Below, piece after piece: positions 19,766 to 28,841 of a DNA stretch of 64,000 nt. The translations under genes were made by a program, and so were the position numbers. The stretch's first letter is position 1; each line of letters opens with the position of its first letter. The notes under the pieces are model-generated. The model had not been told where the DNA came from, searched no databases, and saw only the letters and a list, made by a program, of their open reading frames with translations. The DNA is from Planctomycetaceae bacterium (lineage in GTDB: Bacteria; Planctomycetota; Phycisphaerae; Phycisphaerales; UBA5793), in assembly GCA_040255465.1 (NCBI GenBank), contig JBDZVA010000002.1:932375-996374 (forward strand). Reading direction: 5' to 3'.

Positions 19766-22700
19766 ATGACTCGACGCGGAAAGAAGCGTCTATTAATCCT
19801 CGTAGCCGTAGCTGGCGTTTTGGCCGTCGCAGCCGGTGCGGCGTATGTCGTGCGCGAAGCTCGCCATGCGCAACAGTTGTCTGAGGCTTATCGAGATGGC
19901 ATGGACGCGTACGACGCAGGTGACTACGAAGGCGCCCTTCGGGGGTTGGGAAAGTCGCTCTCCGAGCATCGGGACGATGCTGAAGTTCTTTATCGTGTAG
20001 CCGATTCGCGTCAGCGCCTCCCCCTTGGCAACGATCGGCACATCGCAGCCGCGATTCCTTACGCTCGCGAGGCAAGCACCCGGAGCCCGAGCGACAAACG
20101 ACCACTCGAGCTCCTCATCGATCTCTATCGCAAGTCTGGCTTTATCACTGAGCGGCTCGAAGCCGCAAATCGCCTGCTGGCGCTTGACCCCCACCACCAT
20201 GCCGCCCACCTCGCGAAGATAGAATGCCTCTCTGCGCTTGGACGAAGCGAAGAAATGCGCAAAGCGATTGGCGATCTGATTGACGCATATCCCGCGGATT
20301 CCTTTGCTCACGCCAGTCGGGTCGAAATGATGCGACTTGATGCGAAGCCGTCCTCTGAGATACTCGCCTACGTCGATTCGCTCGTCAAACAATGGCCAGG
20401 CGATGTTGCGCTTGCCACTCTACAGATCCGGACGTTGGCCGCGTTCGGGAATCGCGACGATGCAGTTGTAGCCGCGAAGAGGGCAGTGGAACTCGAGATT
20501 CCGAACACAGAGTTGTTACTTGAACTCGTGCGCACCCTCGACTTGCTCGGCCTGCGTTCCAATTCCGATGAACTTCTGGCTCGCGCGGTATCTGATGAAC
20601 GTTTTCGCGAAGATGTCTTTGCCTATCTCATCGAGCGGGCCTGGAAAACCGGCCAGGCCGATCGCGCAAGGGAACAGGTTCGAGAACATGCGGAATCGAT
20701 CCCAACGGCTCCTTCCAACCTGCTCGGATGGATGGCCTTGGCCTCACTTTCGGCAGACGGATCATGGAAGAACTCCGAACCGGGCCGCGTGCTCGCTGAT
20801 CGCACCGACGACGATGCTCATTACTGGCAGGTCATGCTCAAGAGTCGCGAACTGATTAACGCACAAAAGCTCAGTGCCGCGAGGGAATCGCTGAACGACG
20901 CTCGAATGATGAGGGAAGACGCAAGTCTGGTTTGGTCGTCGCTGGGCGAGGTTTTTCAACAACTCGGTGAAACCGACACGGCTGTTTCGAGTTTCCGACA
21001 GGCAGTCAGTCTCGACCCCACGTACTCCCGTGCACAAATGATGTTGGCGGCTTCATTAATCGATCAGGGACGCCTCGACGACGCCCGGTTCGCAGCCGAG
21101 CGAGCCGTGATGTCCAATCCAGCCGCTCCCGAGGCCCTGACACTGGCACGTGTCTACATCGCGCTGATTGACGCCGACCGCGGGGATTCCCAGATCGAGA
21201 ACGGCGCTGTCAGTATTCTTGAGGAGCTCTCGGCACAGGCTCCGGACCAGCCTGATGTGCAGGGGCTCCTCGCGCGAACCTACGTCGCGGTCGGGCACGT
21301 ACAGGACGCGCAGGAAGTCATCAATCGCCTGTCGCAGTCGGACCGTATTCCGGCTCCCGCCGTATTGATTGACCTCATACGCGCATGCAGGCAGAAGGCG
21401 CCCGCACTCGTGGCACCGCTGATGGAAATGTCAGAACGATCGCGGGACGACAGCCCTGAAATGGTGGCGCTGCGGTTGACTCGCGGAGCGGTCGACGTCG
21501 CCCCAGAGCAGGCACGTGCCGCCTACCAGAGCGCGATCGAAGATGCGGCGGATCCCATTGATCGCATGCGATGCGAGATCGCCTATGCGCAGTTTCTTGA
21601 CGTCATTGGAGATGACAAGGCGTTTGAAGAGCTGAAACGCGTGGCCGAAGCCTATCCCGACCGTGCCGAAGCGCAGCAGGCACTACTCGACTCGCGCGCC
21701 GCATGGACCGACCAGAACGTGATCTCCGCCGCGATCGGACGCCTCAAAGCGATTACTGGAGAACAAGCTTCGCGATGGCGTCTTGCCGATGCCCAGCGTG
21801 CATTGGCCTTCGAACCGGGAGATGCCACGGCCTCCGAAGTCATTCTCAATCTGACCCCGTTGGCCCAACCGCCAATTTCGAACGTCAAGGCGATGATGCT
21901 CACCTCAGACGCCATGTTGATGCTCAACGACCGCCCGGGTGCTGTTCGGGTGCTGTCAAGAGCGATTGAACTGCAGTCAGACAATCCACTGCTTTACTCA
22001 CAGGCGATCGACCTACTTCAGTCCACAGGCCGGACGAGTGAAGCAAGTCAGCAACTTCGAGCCTTCTTGAAGCTCAAGGCTCTCAACCCAGTCCTGCAAC
22101 GCCGACGCATTGAGCTCCTGGCTCGCCAGAGGATGTGGCCTGAAGCGATAGCGGATTGCGAAGACCTTGTAACCACGACTGAAGATCCACGAGACCAACT
22201 CAGACTTGCAATACTGTATGGTGGGCACGGCCGACCAGTCGAAGCACGCCGACTGTTCGAACAACTTCTGGCCGCACCGTCCGCCGACAGAGATACGCGA
22301 GTCGCGGCCGCCAATTTCTACGCCGCCGCGGGCGAGTTTGAAAGCGGCCTCGCCGTGCTGAAACCGCTTCAATCTGAGTTGAACGCATCCGAGTATGCAG
22401 CCACTCTCGGCTCCTACTACGAGCGGCACGGCCAAGTCGATGACGCCGCTCGTGTGTATCGTGAGCAAGCGGAGACTTCAGCCAATGCCGATGACTGGGC
22501 CAAACTGGTCGAGTTTCAGGTGCGCAATCGTCGACTCGAACAGGCTCGCCTGTCGATCGATCGAGGTCTCGCTATCTCCGCAAATCATCCGTCGCTTTTG
22601 GCGCTTCGAAGTGTTCTGGACGCCCTTGAGTCCGGACAACTGAATGCGGACTCTGTTCAGGGGATTCTCAACACTCTTGTGGACGAGAGCATTCGCCCGG

Positions 22701-23938
22701 CGATGTCCCGACTTGCCGAGGCCATGCAGTACTACGAAGCGAACCCGAACGACTTTAATGGCTACATCCAACGTCTTCGCACGGCGGTGGACCGGGATCC
22801 GGGGCTGATACTCGGCTGGCAACTCCTGGCGGGTGCTCTGCTGGGAAACAGTCGCAATGATGAAGCGGTAGAGGCCGCCCAAAGTGCGGTTCGCATTCTT
22901 CCCAACTCCGTTCGGGCAGCGGAGCTGCTGGCCTCCACGCTGTTTGCGGCTCGTCGATTTGATGAAGCTCGCATCGCGGCGCGACGTTGGAACGAACTTG
23001 ATACCGAACTGCTTTCGAGATCCGAGCTTCTGTTGGCGCAAATCGAGAGTGCTACGAACAATCCCACGGCGGCACTGACTGCCATCGAACCTTGGATTCA
23101 GCGAATTCAAGACGAAGCTGAAGAATACCCAACCCGGCTGGGGTTTTACGCGAGCATTCTCGTCAAGGCCGGTCGAATCGACGAGGCTCACAATCTCATC
23201 TGGCCGCGCGCACGGCAAAGTGCCGACTGGGCCAAGATCTACATACAACTGGCTTCGGAAATGTCGACGGCGATCGAGACCGCGATTCAGTGGGTCGACC
23301 GGGCGACGCCGCTAATCCCCCTGGACGTGGAGTCGCGAGCCGCCTTGGCACAGGTCCGAGTGGGGCTTGGCCGTCAATCGTCACGGCTCGATCAGATTGA
23401 GCTGGCGGTGAATCTGATTGAGCCAATCAGAACCGACCCGAAGACTCCGGGGGCCGTTCTGGGAATGCTCGCAAGCTGCTACCAACAGCTGGGCCAGCTG
23501 GAAAAGGCGGAGACGGCGTACCGCAGCGCCCTTCAGCTCACACCGGGGGACCCGATTGTCTTGAATAACTTGGCGTACCTGCTGCTTCGATCCGATGGGA
23601 AGGGGGAAGAGGCGCTGCGTCTGGCTGAGCAGGCCATCGCGGGGGCACAGCAGCGCCGCTTCCCACCGACCATTCGCGCCAATCTACTGGACACCGTGGG
23701 TAGTGCCCAGCTTCGGCTCTCGATGATCGCGGAGGCACGGGAGACGTTCGGCCGGGGATTGAGCCTCGACCCGAACAGTGCAATGCTCCGACTCGGTCTG
23801 GCGGAAGCCCTGGCCAAGTCTGGTCGAGTAGAAGACGCGCGATCCGAATACCGACGGGTGACCGCGCGAGGTGACTTGAACCGCGGCGATGCGGATTTGG
23901 CCTCCCGGCTTGAGCAGGTTTCCCAATTGCTCAACTAG
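19766..23938 (+). CDS. Giant TPR-repeat protein (occupies the PrsT-like position of PEP-CTERM loci), N-terminally membrane anchored
   Basis: ATG at 19766 preceded by GGAG. N-terminus RRGKKRLLILVAVAGVLAVAAGAAYVV, then about 1350 aa of recurring TPR-like A/L/Y-rich helical repeats (e.g. YRSALQLTPGDPIVLNNLAYLLL). Confidence 0.75.
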   Translation: MTRRGKKRLLILVAVAGVLAVAAGAAYVVREARHAQQLSEAYRDGMDAYDAGDYEGALRGLGKSLSEHRDDAEVLYRVADSRQRLPLGNDRHIAAAIPYAREASTRSPSDKRPLELLIDLYRKSGFITERLEAANRLLALDPHHHAAHLAKIECLSALGRSEEMRKAIGDLIDAYPADSFAHASRVEMMRLDAKPSSEILAYVDSLVKQWPGDVALATLQIRTLAAFGNRDDAVVAAKRAVELEIPNTELLLELVRTLDLLGLRSNSDELLARAVSDERFREDVFAYLIERAWKTGQADRAREQVREHAESIPTAPSNLLGWMALASLSADGSWKNSEPGRVLADRTDDDAHYWQVMLKSRELINAQKLSAARESLNDARMMREDASLVWSSLGEVFQQLGETDTAVSSFRQAVSLDPTYSRAQMMLAASLIDQGRLDDARFAAERAVMSNPAAPEALTLARVYIALIDADRGDSQIENGAVSILEELSAQAPDQPDVQGLLARTYVAVGHVQDAQEVINRLSQSDRIPAPAVLIDLIRACRQKAPALVAPLMEMSERSRDDSPEMVALRLTRGAVDVAPEQARAAYQSAIEDAADPIDRMRCEIAYAQFLDVIGDDKAFEELKRVAEAYPDRAEAQQALLDSRAAWTDQNVISAAIGRLKAITGEQASRWRLADAQRALAFEPGDATASEVILNLTPLAQPPISNVKAMMLTSDAMLMLNDRPGAVRVLSRAIELQSDNPLLYSQAIDLLQSTGRTSEASQQLRAFLKLKALNPVLQRRRIELLARQRMWPEAIADCEDLVTTTEDPRDQLRLAILYGGHGRPVEARRLFEQLLAAPSADRDTRVAAANFYAAAGEFESGLAVLKPLQSELNASEYAATLGSYYERHGQVDDAARVYREQAETSANADDWAKLVEFQVRNRRLEQARLSIDRGLAISANHPSLLALRSVLDALESGQLNADSVQGILNTLVDESIRPAMSRLAEAMQYYEANPNDFNGYIQRLRTAVDRDPGLILGWQLLAGALLGNSRNDEAVEAAQSAVRILPNSVRAAELLASTLFAARRFDEARIAARRWNELDTELLSRSELLLAQIESATNNPTAALTAIEPWIQRIQDEAEEYPTRLGFYASILVKAGRIDEAHNLIWPRARQSADWAKIYIQLASEMSTAIETAIQWVDRATPLIPLDVESRAALAQVRVGLGRQSSRLDQIELAVNLIEPIRTDPKTPGAVLGMLASCYQQLGQLEKAETAYRSALQLTPGDPIVLNNLAYLLLRSDGKGEEALRLAEQAIAGAQQRRFPPTIRANLLDTVGSAQLRLSMIAEARETFGRGLSLDPNSAMLRLGLAEALAKSGRVEDARSEYRRVTARGDLNRGDADLASRLEQVSQLLN

Positions 23939-23980
23939 GCGACCGGGCAAGCCAGACAGCTCCTGATTCTCCCTTCGACC

Positions 23981-24014
23981 CGTGACACGGCTCTGCCGTG
24001 TCACGTTATTTTTC
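23981..24014 (+). terminator. Rho-independent terminator closing the EPS operon
   Basis: Perfect 11-bp stem CGTGACACGGC / GCCGTGTCACG (23981-23991 / 23995-24005) with a 3-nt loop, followed by TTATTTTTCT. Confidence 0.8.
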
Positions 24015-24229
24015 TCAGATATCCAACGCCAAACCAGTGCCTGCACAACCGAGCTGACGCGGAGCCGGCGAGCATTCCATCGCTGTTGCAAGGTGCGCTC
24101 CTCTCCAAGTTCCCCATCTTCACTATCGATGATCGGTCCGAGGTTCAATCTAGTTTCATAAGGCCAACCGGCAGGAAGCGAAACCCGAAACTTTTTATTG
24201 GAAATCGCATCAATTTTTCTTGCAACCCC

Positions 24230-24260
24230 TTGACACGGGAATCGAAAGTGGAGACACTAT
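24230..24260 (+). promoter_or_regulatory. Candidate sigma70-like promoter (TTGACA-N19-CACTAT)
   Basis: cTTGACA at 24230-24235 and CACTAT at 24255-24260, about 250 nt upstream of the 24510 start. A near-identical arrangement lies the same distance upstream of the paralog at 26849. Confidence 0.3.
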
Positions 24261-24509
24261 TGCGTCGCGCTTCAGCCATTCGGCTGCGCGAGGAGAGATG
24301 ATCGCCCCGGTCCCTGCCCTGCCCGAGGCTTCAACCGTTCTTGAGTGACGGGACAGCAAATCAATGAGTTGCACCATTCCCTTTTTGGGTTGGTGGCATC
24401 CTGCTTGTTGATTTTGTGGAGGCTGAGGGAAGGCGTCGTTCTGGAGGATCCAGGGCGACCAGAAGAATACTGGGCGAAGCACAATTCCGTGACACGGAGG
24501 ACGAGAATA

Positions 24510-25265
24510 ATGAAGACACGCTCGATTTGTATTGCCGCAGCCGCGATCTTGGGCGCGATGTCCATGTCCGCGCTTGCAGGCGAAGAAATCACGGTCGTCG
24601 AGACCGATCTCTGGGGGCCGGGCAGTTCCGGTGGCCCGTTTGAAGTAACGCCCAGTGGATTCACAAATGTGATCCACGGAATTGGACTTCATGGTGCTGG
24701 CCCTGGCAATTTCGTCACGTTCTGTGTCGAAACAAACGAATACCTCACCGAGGGCGGCCACTACTACGTCGAACTGAGCAAGGAGGCCAAGGCCGGCGGC
24801 AGCGGTGGTCCGAGCCCCGACCCCCTCGACTCTCGCACGGCCTACCTCTACGCGAGTTTCATCCGTGGCACACTTCAGTCACAACTGAATGCCTGGCTCG
24901 CGGACGGTGGAACCGGAGGAACCTGGACGGACGAAGATAATGCGTCCGGAACGGCACTCCAGAATGCGATTTGGTACATCGAGCAGGAAGGCGGGAGCAA
25001 TAGCGGTCTCGCCGGCAAACTGGTGTCGCTCGCGGCATGGGCCGTCGGTGGTGGCACGGGTGCGAACGTCTCCGAGATCAACAAAGTTCACGTGATGAAC
25101 ATGTGGACCAACTCCAATCACACGGGCAATGCTCAGGATCTGCTTGTCATGATCCCCCTGCCAGCACCTGTTTGGATGGGTGGGATCGGGCTTTGCGGGG
25201 TCGTCGGAATGGCGCTCCGTCGCCGCAGATCTGATTCTGGCTCTCTTCAAGATCTGGTTGGCTAG
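24510..25265 (+). CDS. PEP-CTERM-class secreted protein, type A paralog 1 (FCVE / LQNAIW motifs)
   Basis: ATG at 24510 in ORF 24345..25265. Signal peptide MKTRSICIAAAAILGAMSMSALA. C-terminal sorting tail MIPLPAPVWMGGIGLCGVVGMALRRRR. Confidence 0.8.
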   Translation: MKTRSICIAAAAILGAMSMSALAGEEITVVETDLWGPGSSGGPFEVTPSGFTNVIHGIGLHGAGPGNFVTFCVETNEYLTEGGHYYVELSKEAKAGGSGGPSPDPLDSRTAYLYASFIRGTLQSQLNAWLADGGTGGTWTDEDNASGTALQNAIWYIEQEGGSNSGLAGKLVSLAAWAVGGGTGANVSEINKVHVMNMWTNSNHTGNAQDLLVMIPLPAPVWMGGIGLCGVVGMALRRRRSDSGSLQDLVG

Positions 25266-25304
25266 TAGCCCGAACAGAGGCTCGTTCATACACACGCAAA
25301 CATG

Positions 25305-25341
25305 ATCGTGGGCCGGTGGAAATCACCGGCCCACGATTTTG
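25305..25341 (+). terminator. Rho-independent terminator
   Basis: 14-bp perfect stem ATCGTGGGCCGGTG / CACCGGCCCACGAT with loop GAAAT, followed by TTTT. Confidence 0.75.
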
Positions 25342-25399
25342 AGTGACCATGGGGCGATACTCCTCGTCGAAGGGCCGGCGAGCATTGGAGAAACTGGCG

Positions 25400-26206
25400 A
25401 TGCGCTGCTCAGCGATTCAGTTCACGAAGCGAACACTGAAGCACTTGGTCATTGCTATTGCTGCGTCGATTTCGGTCGGCGCGGTTTCGTTTCCCGCCCA
25501 GGCCGATCCCATTCCTGCCGGTGAAATCCGTATGGACGGACTGCGGAACTACTTCAGCGTGCCCGGCGGCGGGTATGCCGGCGAGTTCCTCGTCAACGCA
25601 AGTCGGCTGAACTTCACGCCCGTCGGCCTCGGCCGCAATGGCGTGGACGGCGATCATTTTGTTAGCTTCTGTGTTGAGACCACTGAAGACATCCGTCTCA
25701 ACCGGTGGTATGACGCCGATCTGAATACGGAGTCCCGCAACACGTACCAGACCGTTCAGGCCGAGACGGCCTATCTCTACTCGCACTTCATCAAGGGCGA
25801 CTTGGCGGGATACAAGTACTTCGACGACAACACCGCCAGCGGCTCGCAGAAGGCCGGTTCTGTTCGAGCGCTCCAGGAAGTTATCTGGTACTTCCAGGAT
25901 CCTGCGGGCTTTACCGCCCGATATGGCGCCAACGCGTTCGCCTCGGGCGGCTATTTTACGGGTTCGGGTTTCCACAAGTTCCTCGCACGCAGTTGGTATT
26001 CGAGCCTCGCCGGGTGGATTCAGGATTCGGGCCCGGAACTAAACAACGTCCGGATCATTAACATCTGGGAAGGCGGCAACGCTCGCCAGGACACGCTCGT
26101 CATGATCCCTCTTCCGCCTCCCTTCTGGATGGCCTGCGCCGGGTTGGGGATTTCGGGAGGGCTGGCTCGTCGACGTCGTCGTCATGAGCCGTCCCAAGTC
26201 ATCTGA
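25400..26206 (+). CDS. PEP-CTERM-class secreted protein, type B paralog 1 (FCVE / LQEVIW motifs)
   Basis: ATG at 25400 in ORF 25343..26206. Signal peptide ending SFPAQA. C-terminal tail MIPLPPPFWMACAGLGISGGLARRRRR. About 75% identical by eye to the 27710 product. Confidence 0.8.
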   Translation: MRCSAIQFTKRTLKHLVIAIAASISVGAVSFPAQADPIPAGEIRMDGLRNYFSVPGGGYAGEFLVNASRLNFTPVGLGRNGVDGDHFVSFCVETTEDIRLNRWYDADLNTESRNTYQTVQAETAYLYSHFIKGDLAGYKYFDDNTASGSQKAGSVRALQEVIWYFQDPAGFTARYGANAFASGGYFTGSGFHKFLARSWYSSLAGWIQDSGPELNNVRIINIWEGGNARQDTLVMIPLPPPFWMACAGLGISGGLARRRRRHEPSQVI

Positions 26207-26256
26207 GGCTCACTGCAGGTCATTCAGTTCCAACTCAGTGCTTGTGGATCCGCCTG

Positions 26257-26286
26257 TCGCGACATAGATCGATGTCGCGGCTTTTT
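26257..26286 (+). terminator. Rho-independent terminator
   Basis: Stem CGCGACAT / ATGTCGCG (26257-26264 / 26271-26278) followed by GCTTTTTT. Confidence 0.65.
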
Positions 26287-26569
26287 TCGCCTATCCGCCG
26301 CAGGATGCTCTCTACAGCCACCACCAAAGTTCTCAGGATCAAATAAACACTGAGTCTTGACGGGCGATCCTACTGCGCGAGACGCGCTCCGATAGTCCAC
26401 CTGCCAAATGGCGTCCGGAAACCTCAAAAAGTGATCATCTGGCGCCGAAAATCAGAAGGCGAAGACACGCTGGACAGAGTGCCGCAGCCCCCCTTCCTCC
26501 GATAAGTCGACTGGCCAGTAGACCAGCGAGGATTCTTGCTCGAATTGGTTGACTTTGCAATCAATCTGC

Positions 26570-26599
26570 TTGACAAGCCCCGGTCTTGGGCAACACTAA
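26570..26599 (+). promoter_or_regulatory. Candidate sigma70-like promoter (TTGACA-N18-CACTAA)
   Basis: cTTGACA at 26570-26575 and CACTAA at 26594-26599, about 250 nt upstream of the 26849 start. Mirrors the 24230 site. Confidence 0.3.
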
Positions 26600-26848
26600 C
26601 CTCTTGTTAGTACGCCTCTTACGGCGTAAAGATGGAGAAGATGACTGCCGGAGCGCCTGGCCAGCCAGGGGCGTTGTGGGTTCCGGCACAGCGATAGACC
26701 AGAGTGTACCTGTGACGCCCCCACTTCGGGTGGGTGCGGTGGGTACGAAGCCACGTTTGGGGGTGGAGCAGATCCGGCGTATCCGGGCTCGCTCCCGAGA
26801 TCGAATGAAGATGCCCTGTGCAGGGCACCCAAGAGGAGGATTCGAGAA

Positions 26849-27565
26849 ATGAAACTGCGTTCCGTTTGCATTGCCGCAGCCGCACTGCTGCTTCCCGCTA
26901 TTGCGGCGACTCAGGCACAAGCCGGGCCCGCCTACATTGGAAAAATGCGATTTGACACCCTGCTTGCGGGCAATGGGAGCGGTGGCGAGTTTGCCTGGAC
27001 GAACATCAATCTCGCTCTGACGCCAGCTGGTCAGGGTGAGCACGGCGCCGGTCCGAGCCAGTTCATCACTTTCTGCGTTGAAGAAAGCGAGAACATCAAC
27101 TACGGGCAAACAGCCCACGCGTTCGTCAACACCCAATCGGAGAACACGGGTGTGGCGCTCAAGGCCGAGACGGCGTTCCTCTATACGCAGTTCATCCGGG
27201 GCACGCTCACCGGCTACACATACAACAACAACGCCAGCGCGACCTCGCTTCAGAAGGCCATCTGGTATCTGCAGGAGCAGATCGCCGGCGTCGGCGGCGA
27301 TACCCAGGCCCAGGCCTGGCTCGACCTGGCTGACTTTGAAGTCCACAATGCCAGCGGTTCGTGGGGCGACTCAATTGGAAGCGTTCGCATCCTCAATCTC
27401 TGGACCGGCGTGAGCGGTGGCAATCCCTCCGGCAGTGCGCTGCAGGATCAGCTTGTGATGATCCCGCTGCCCGCGCCCGTTTGGATGGCTGGGCTTGGCC
27501 TCTTTGGCGTGATCGGCGGCAGCGTGTACCGTCGTCGCTCGATCAGTTCCGTGACGACGCTCTGA
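26849..27565 (+). CDS. PEP-CTERM-class secreted protein, type A paralog 2 (FCVE / LQKAIW motifs)
   Basis: GGAGGA RBS. Signal peptide MKLRSVCIAAAALLLPAIAATQAQA. C-terminal tail MIPLPAPVWMAGLGLFGVIGGSVYRRR. Confidence 0.8.
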   Translation: MKLRSVCIAAAALLLPAIAATQAQAGPAYIGKMRFDTLLAGNGSGGEFAWTNINLALTPAGQGEHGAGPSQFITFCVEESENINYGQTAHAFVNTQSENTGVALKAETAFLYTQFIRGTLTGYTYNNNASATSLQKAIWYLQEQIAGVGGDTQAQAWLDLADFEVHNASGSWGDSIGSVRILNLWTGVSGGNPSGSALQDQLVMIPLPAPVWMAGLGLFGVIGGSVYRRRSISSVTTL

Positions 27566-27614
27566 TCGACCTGTCGCGAGGCCCGCGCTCGTGAGTGACA
27601 ACCAAGTTTCCCAT

Positions 27615-27648
27615 GCGTGGGCCGGTGGAGATCGCCGGCCCACGCTTT
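27615..27648 (+). terminator. Rho-independent terminator (paralogous to the 25305 hairpin)
   Basis: 11-bp stem GCGTGGGCCGG / CCGGCCCACGC followed by TTTG. The stem sequence is nearly the same as in the 25305 terminator. Confidence 0.65.
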
Positions 27649-27709
27649 GCAGACACTCCTTATCTGACCTGACCTCATTTGAATTCGTGGGAGAAAGAGA
27701 AGCACCTCC

Positions 27710-28495
27710 ATGGCCCGCACAGCCATTTGCAGCTCACATCGCAAGCAACTCAGCGTCATCGCCGCAGCAGCGCTCCTCGGCGCCGTTGCGACGGTTGTGC
27801 ATGCCGATCCCGTTCCCGTGGGCCAGATTCGCATGGACGGACTGCGCAATCACTTTGCAGTGCCCGGCGGCGGGTACGCCGGCGAATTCCTCGTCAACGC
27901 CAGTCAACTGAACTTCACACCGATGGGTCTCGGCCGCAATGGAGCTGACGCGAGCCACTTTGTCAGCTTCTGCGTTGAGACAACCGAGTATCTCCAGTTG
28001 AAGACCTGGTACGATGCAGATCTCAACACCGAGTCACGCAACACGTATCGAACGGTCCAAGCTGAAACGGCCTACCTCTACTCGCACTTCATCAGGGGCG
28101 ACCTGGACGGCTACAAGTATTTCGACGACGCCTCCGCAAGCGACACGGAAAAGGCCGCGTCGGCTCGAGCACTGCAGGAGGTCATCTGGTTCTACCAGGA
28201 TCCGGCTGGGTTCGCGGCTCGCTATGGCGGCGACGCTTTCTCCAGCAGTGGCTACTTCAAGGGTACGGCCCTGCATAAGGTGCTGGCGCGAAGCTGGTAC
28301 TCCAGTATGGCGGCCTGGATTCAGGACTCCGGACCGGAGTTGAGCAACGTCCGAATCCTCAATCTCTGGGAAGGCGGCAACGCCCGACAGGATACACTGG
28401 TCATGATCCCCCTCCCCGCACCCATCTGGCTCGGAGGCAGCGGCCTGTTCCTTGTGGGACTGGCTGGAACGGTGGCACGGCGCCGGCGACTTTGA
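27710..28495 (+). CDS. PEP-CTERM-class secreted protein, type B paralog 2 (FCVE / LQEVIW motifs)
   Basis: Signal peptide ending VVHA. C-terminal tail MIPLPAPIWLGGSGLFLVGLAGTVARRRR. Collinear with the 25400 product. Confidence 0.8.
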   Translation: MARTAICSSHRKQLSVIAAAALLGAVATVVHADPVPVGQIRMDGLRNHFAVPGGGYAGEFLVNASQLNFTPMGLGRNGADASHFVSFCVETTEYLQLKTWYDADLNTESRNTYRTVQAETAYLYSHFIRGDLDGYKYFDDASASDTEKAASARALQEVIWFYQDPAGFAARYGGDAFSSSGYFKGTALHKVLARSWYSSMAAWIQDSGPELSNVRILNLWEGGNARQDTLVMIPLPAPIWLGGSGLFLVGLAGTVARRRRL

Positions 28496-28770
28496 GTTGA
28501 TTCACGATCAACCCCGAGATCTCAAAACAACGCGCGAACTGCAGCACGCTGTCGGATTGGCCAGGGCGAGGCGCGCTCCAATACCGGGACAACCCGGCCT
28601 GCTGTTTTCAGCCATTTTGCAATTCCAAACAGTCCGGGGCGAAGGCTCGGCTGCTGTGGCGAGCTTTCCGCCTGCTGACGCTCGCCAACAGACGGATGAC
28701 GGGGCCAGCCACGCCCAACGACAGGCGAGACCGATGACTATCGCGGACAAACGCCCTGGGAAGCCCGGAG

Positions 28771-28804
28771 AAAACAAACACCGCCGAGACGCGTCCCGGC
28801 GGTG
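28771..28804 (-). terminator. Rho-independent terminator for the minus-strand PEP-CTERM gene
   Basis: Stem CACCGCCG / CGGCGGTG (28779-28786 / 28797-28804). On the minus strand it is followed by TTTGTTTT (28771-28778). Confidence 0.6.
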
Positions 28805-28841
28805 ATGTGAGTGCTTTGGTTTGTGCAGCCAGTCAGAAGAT

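Noticed and set aside
26561-27346. 261-aa minus-strand ORF
   Set aside because: Antisense to PEP-CTERM paralog A2, which has a signal peptide, conserved family motifs, an RBS and a sorting tail.
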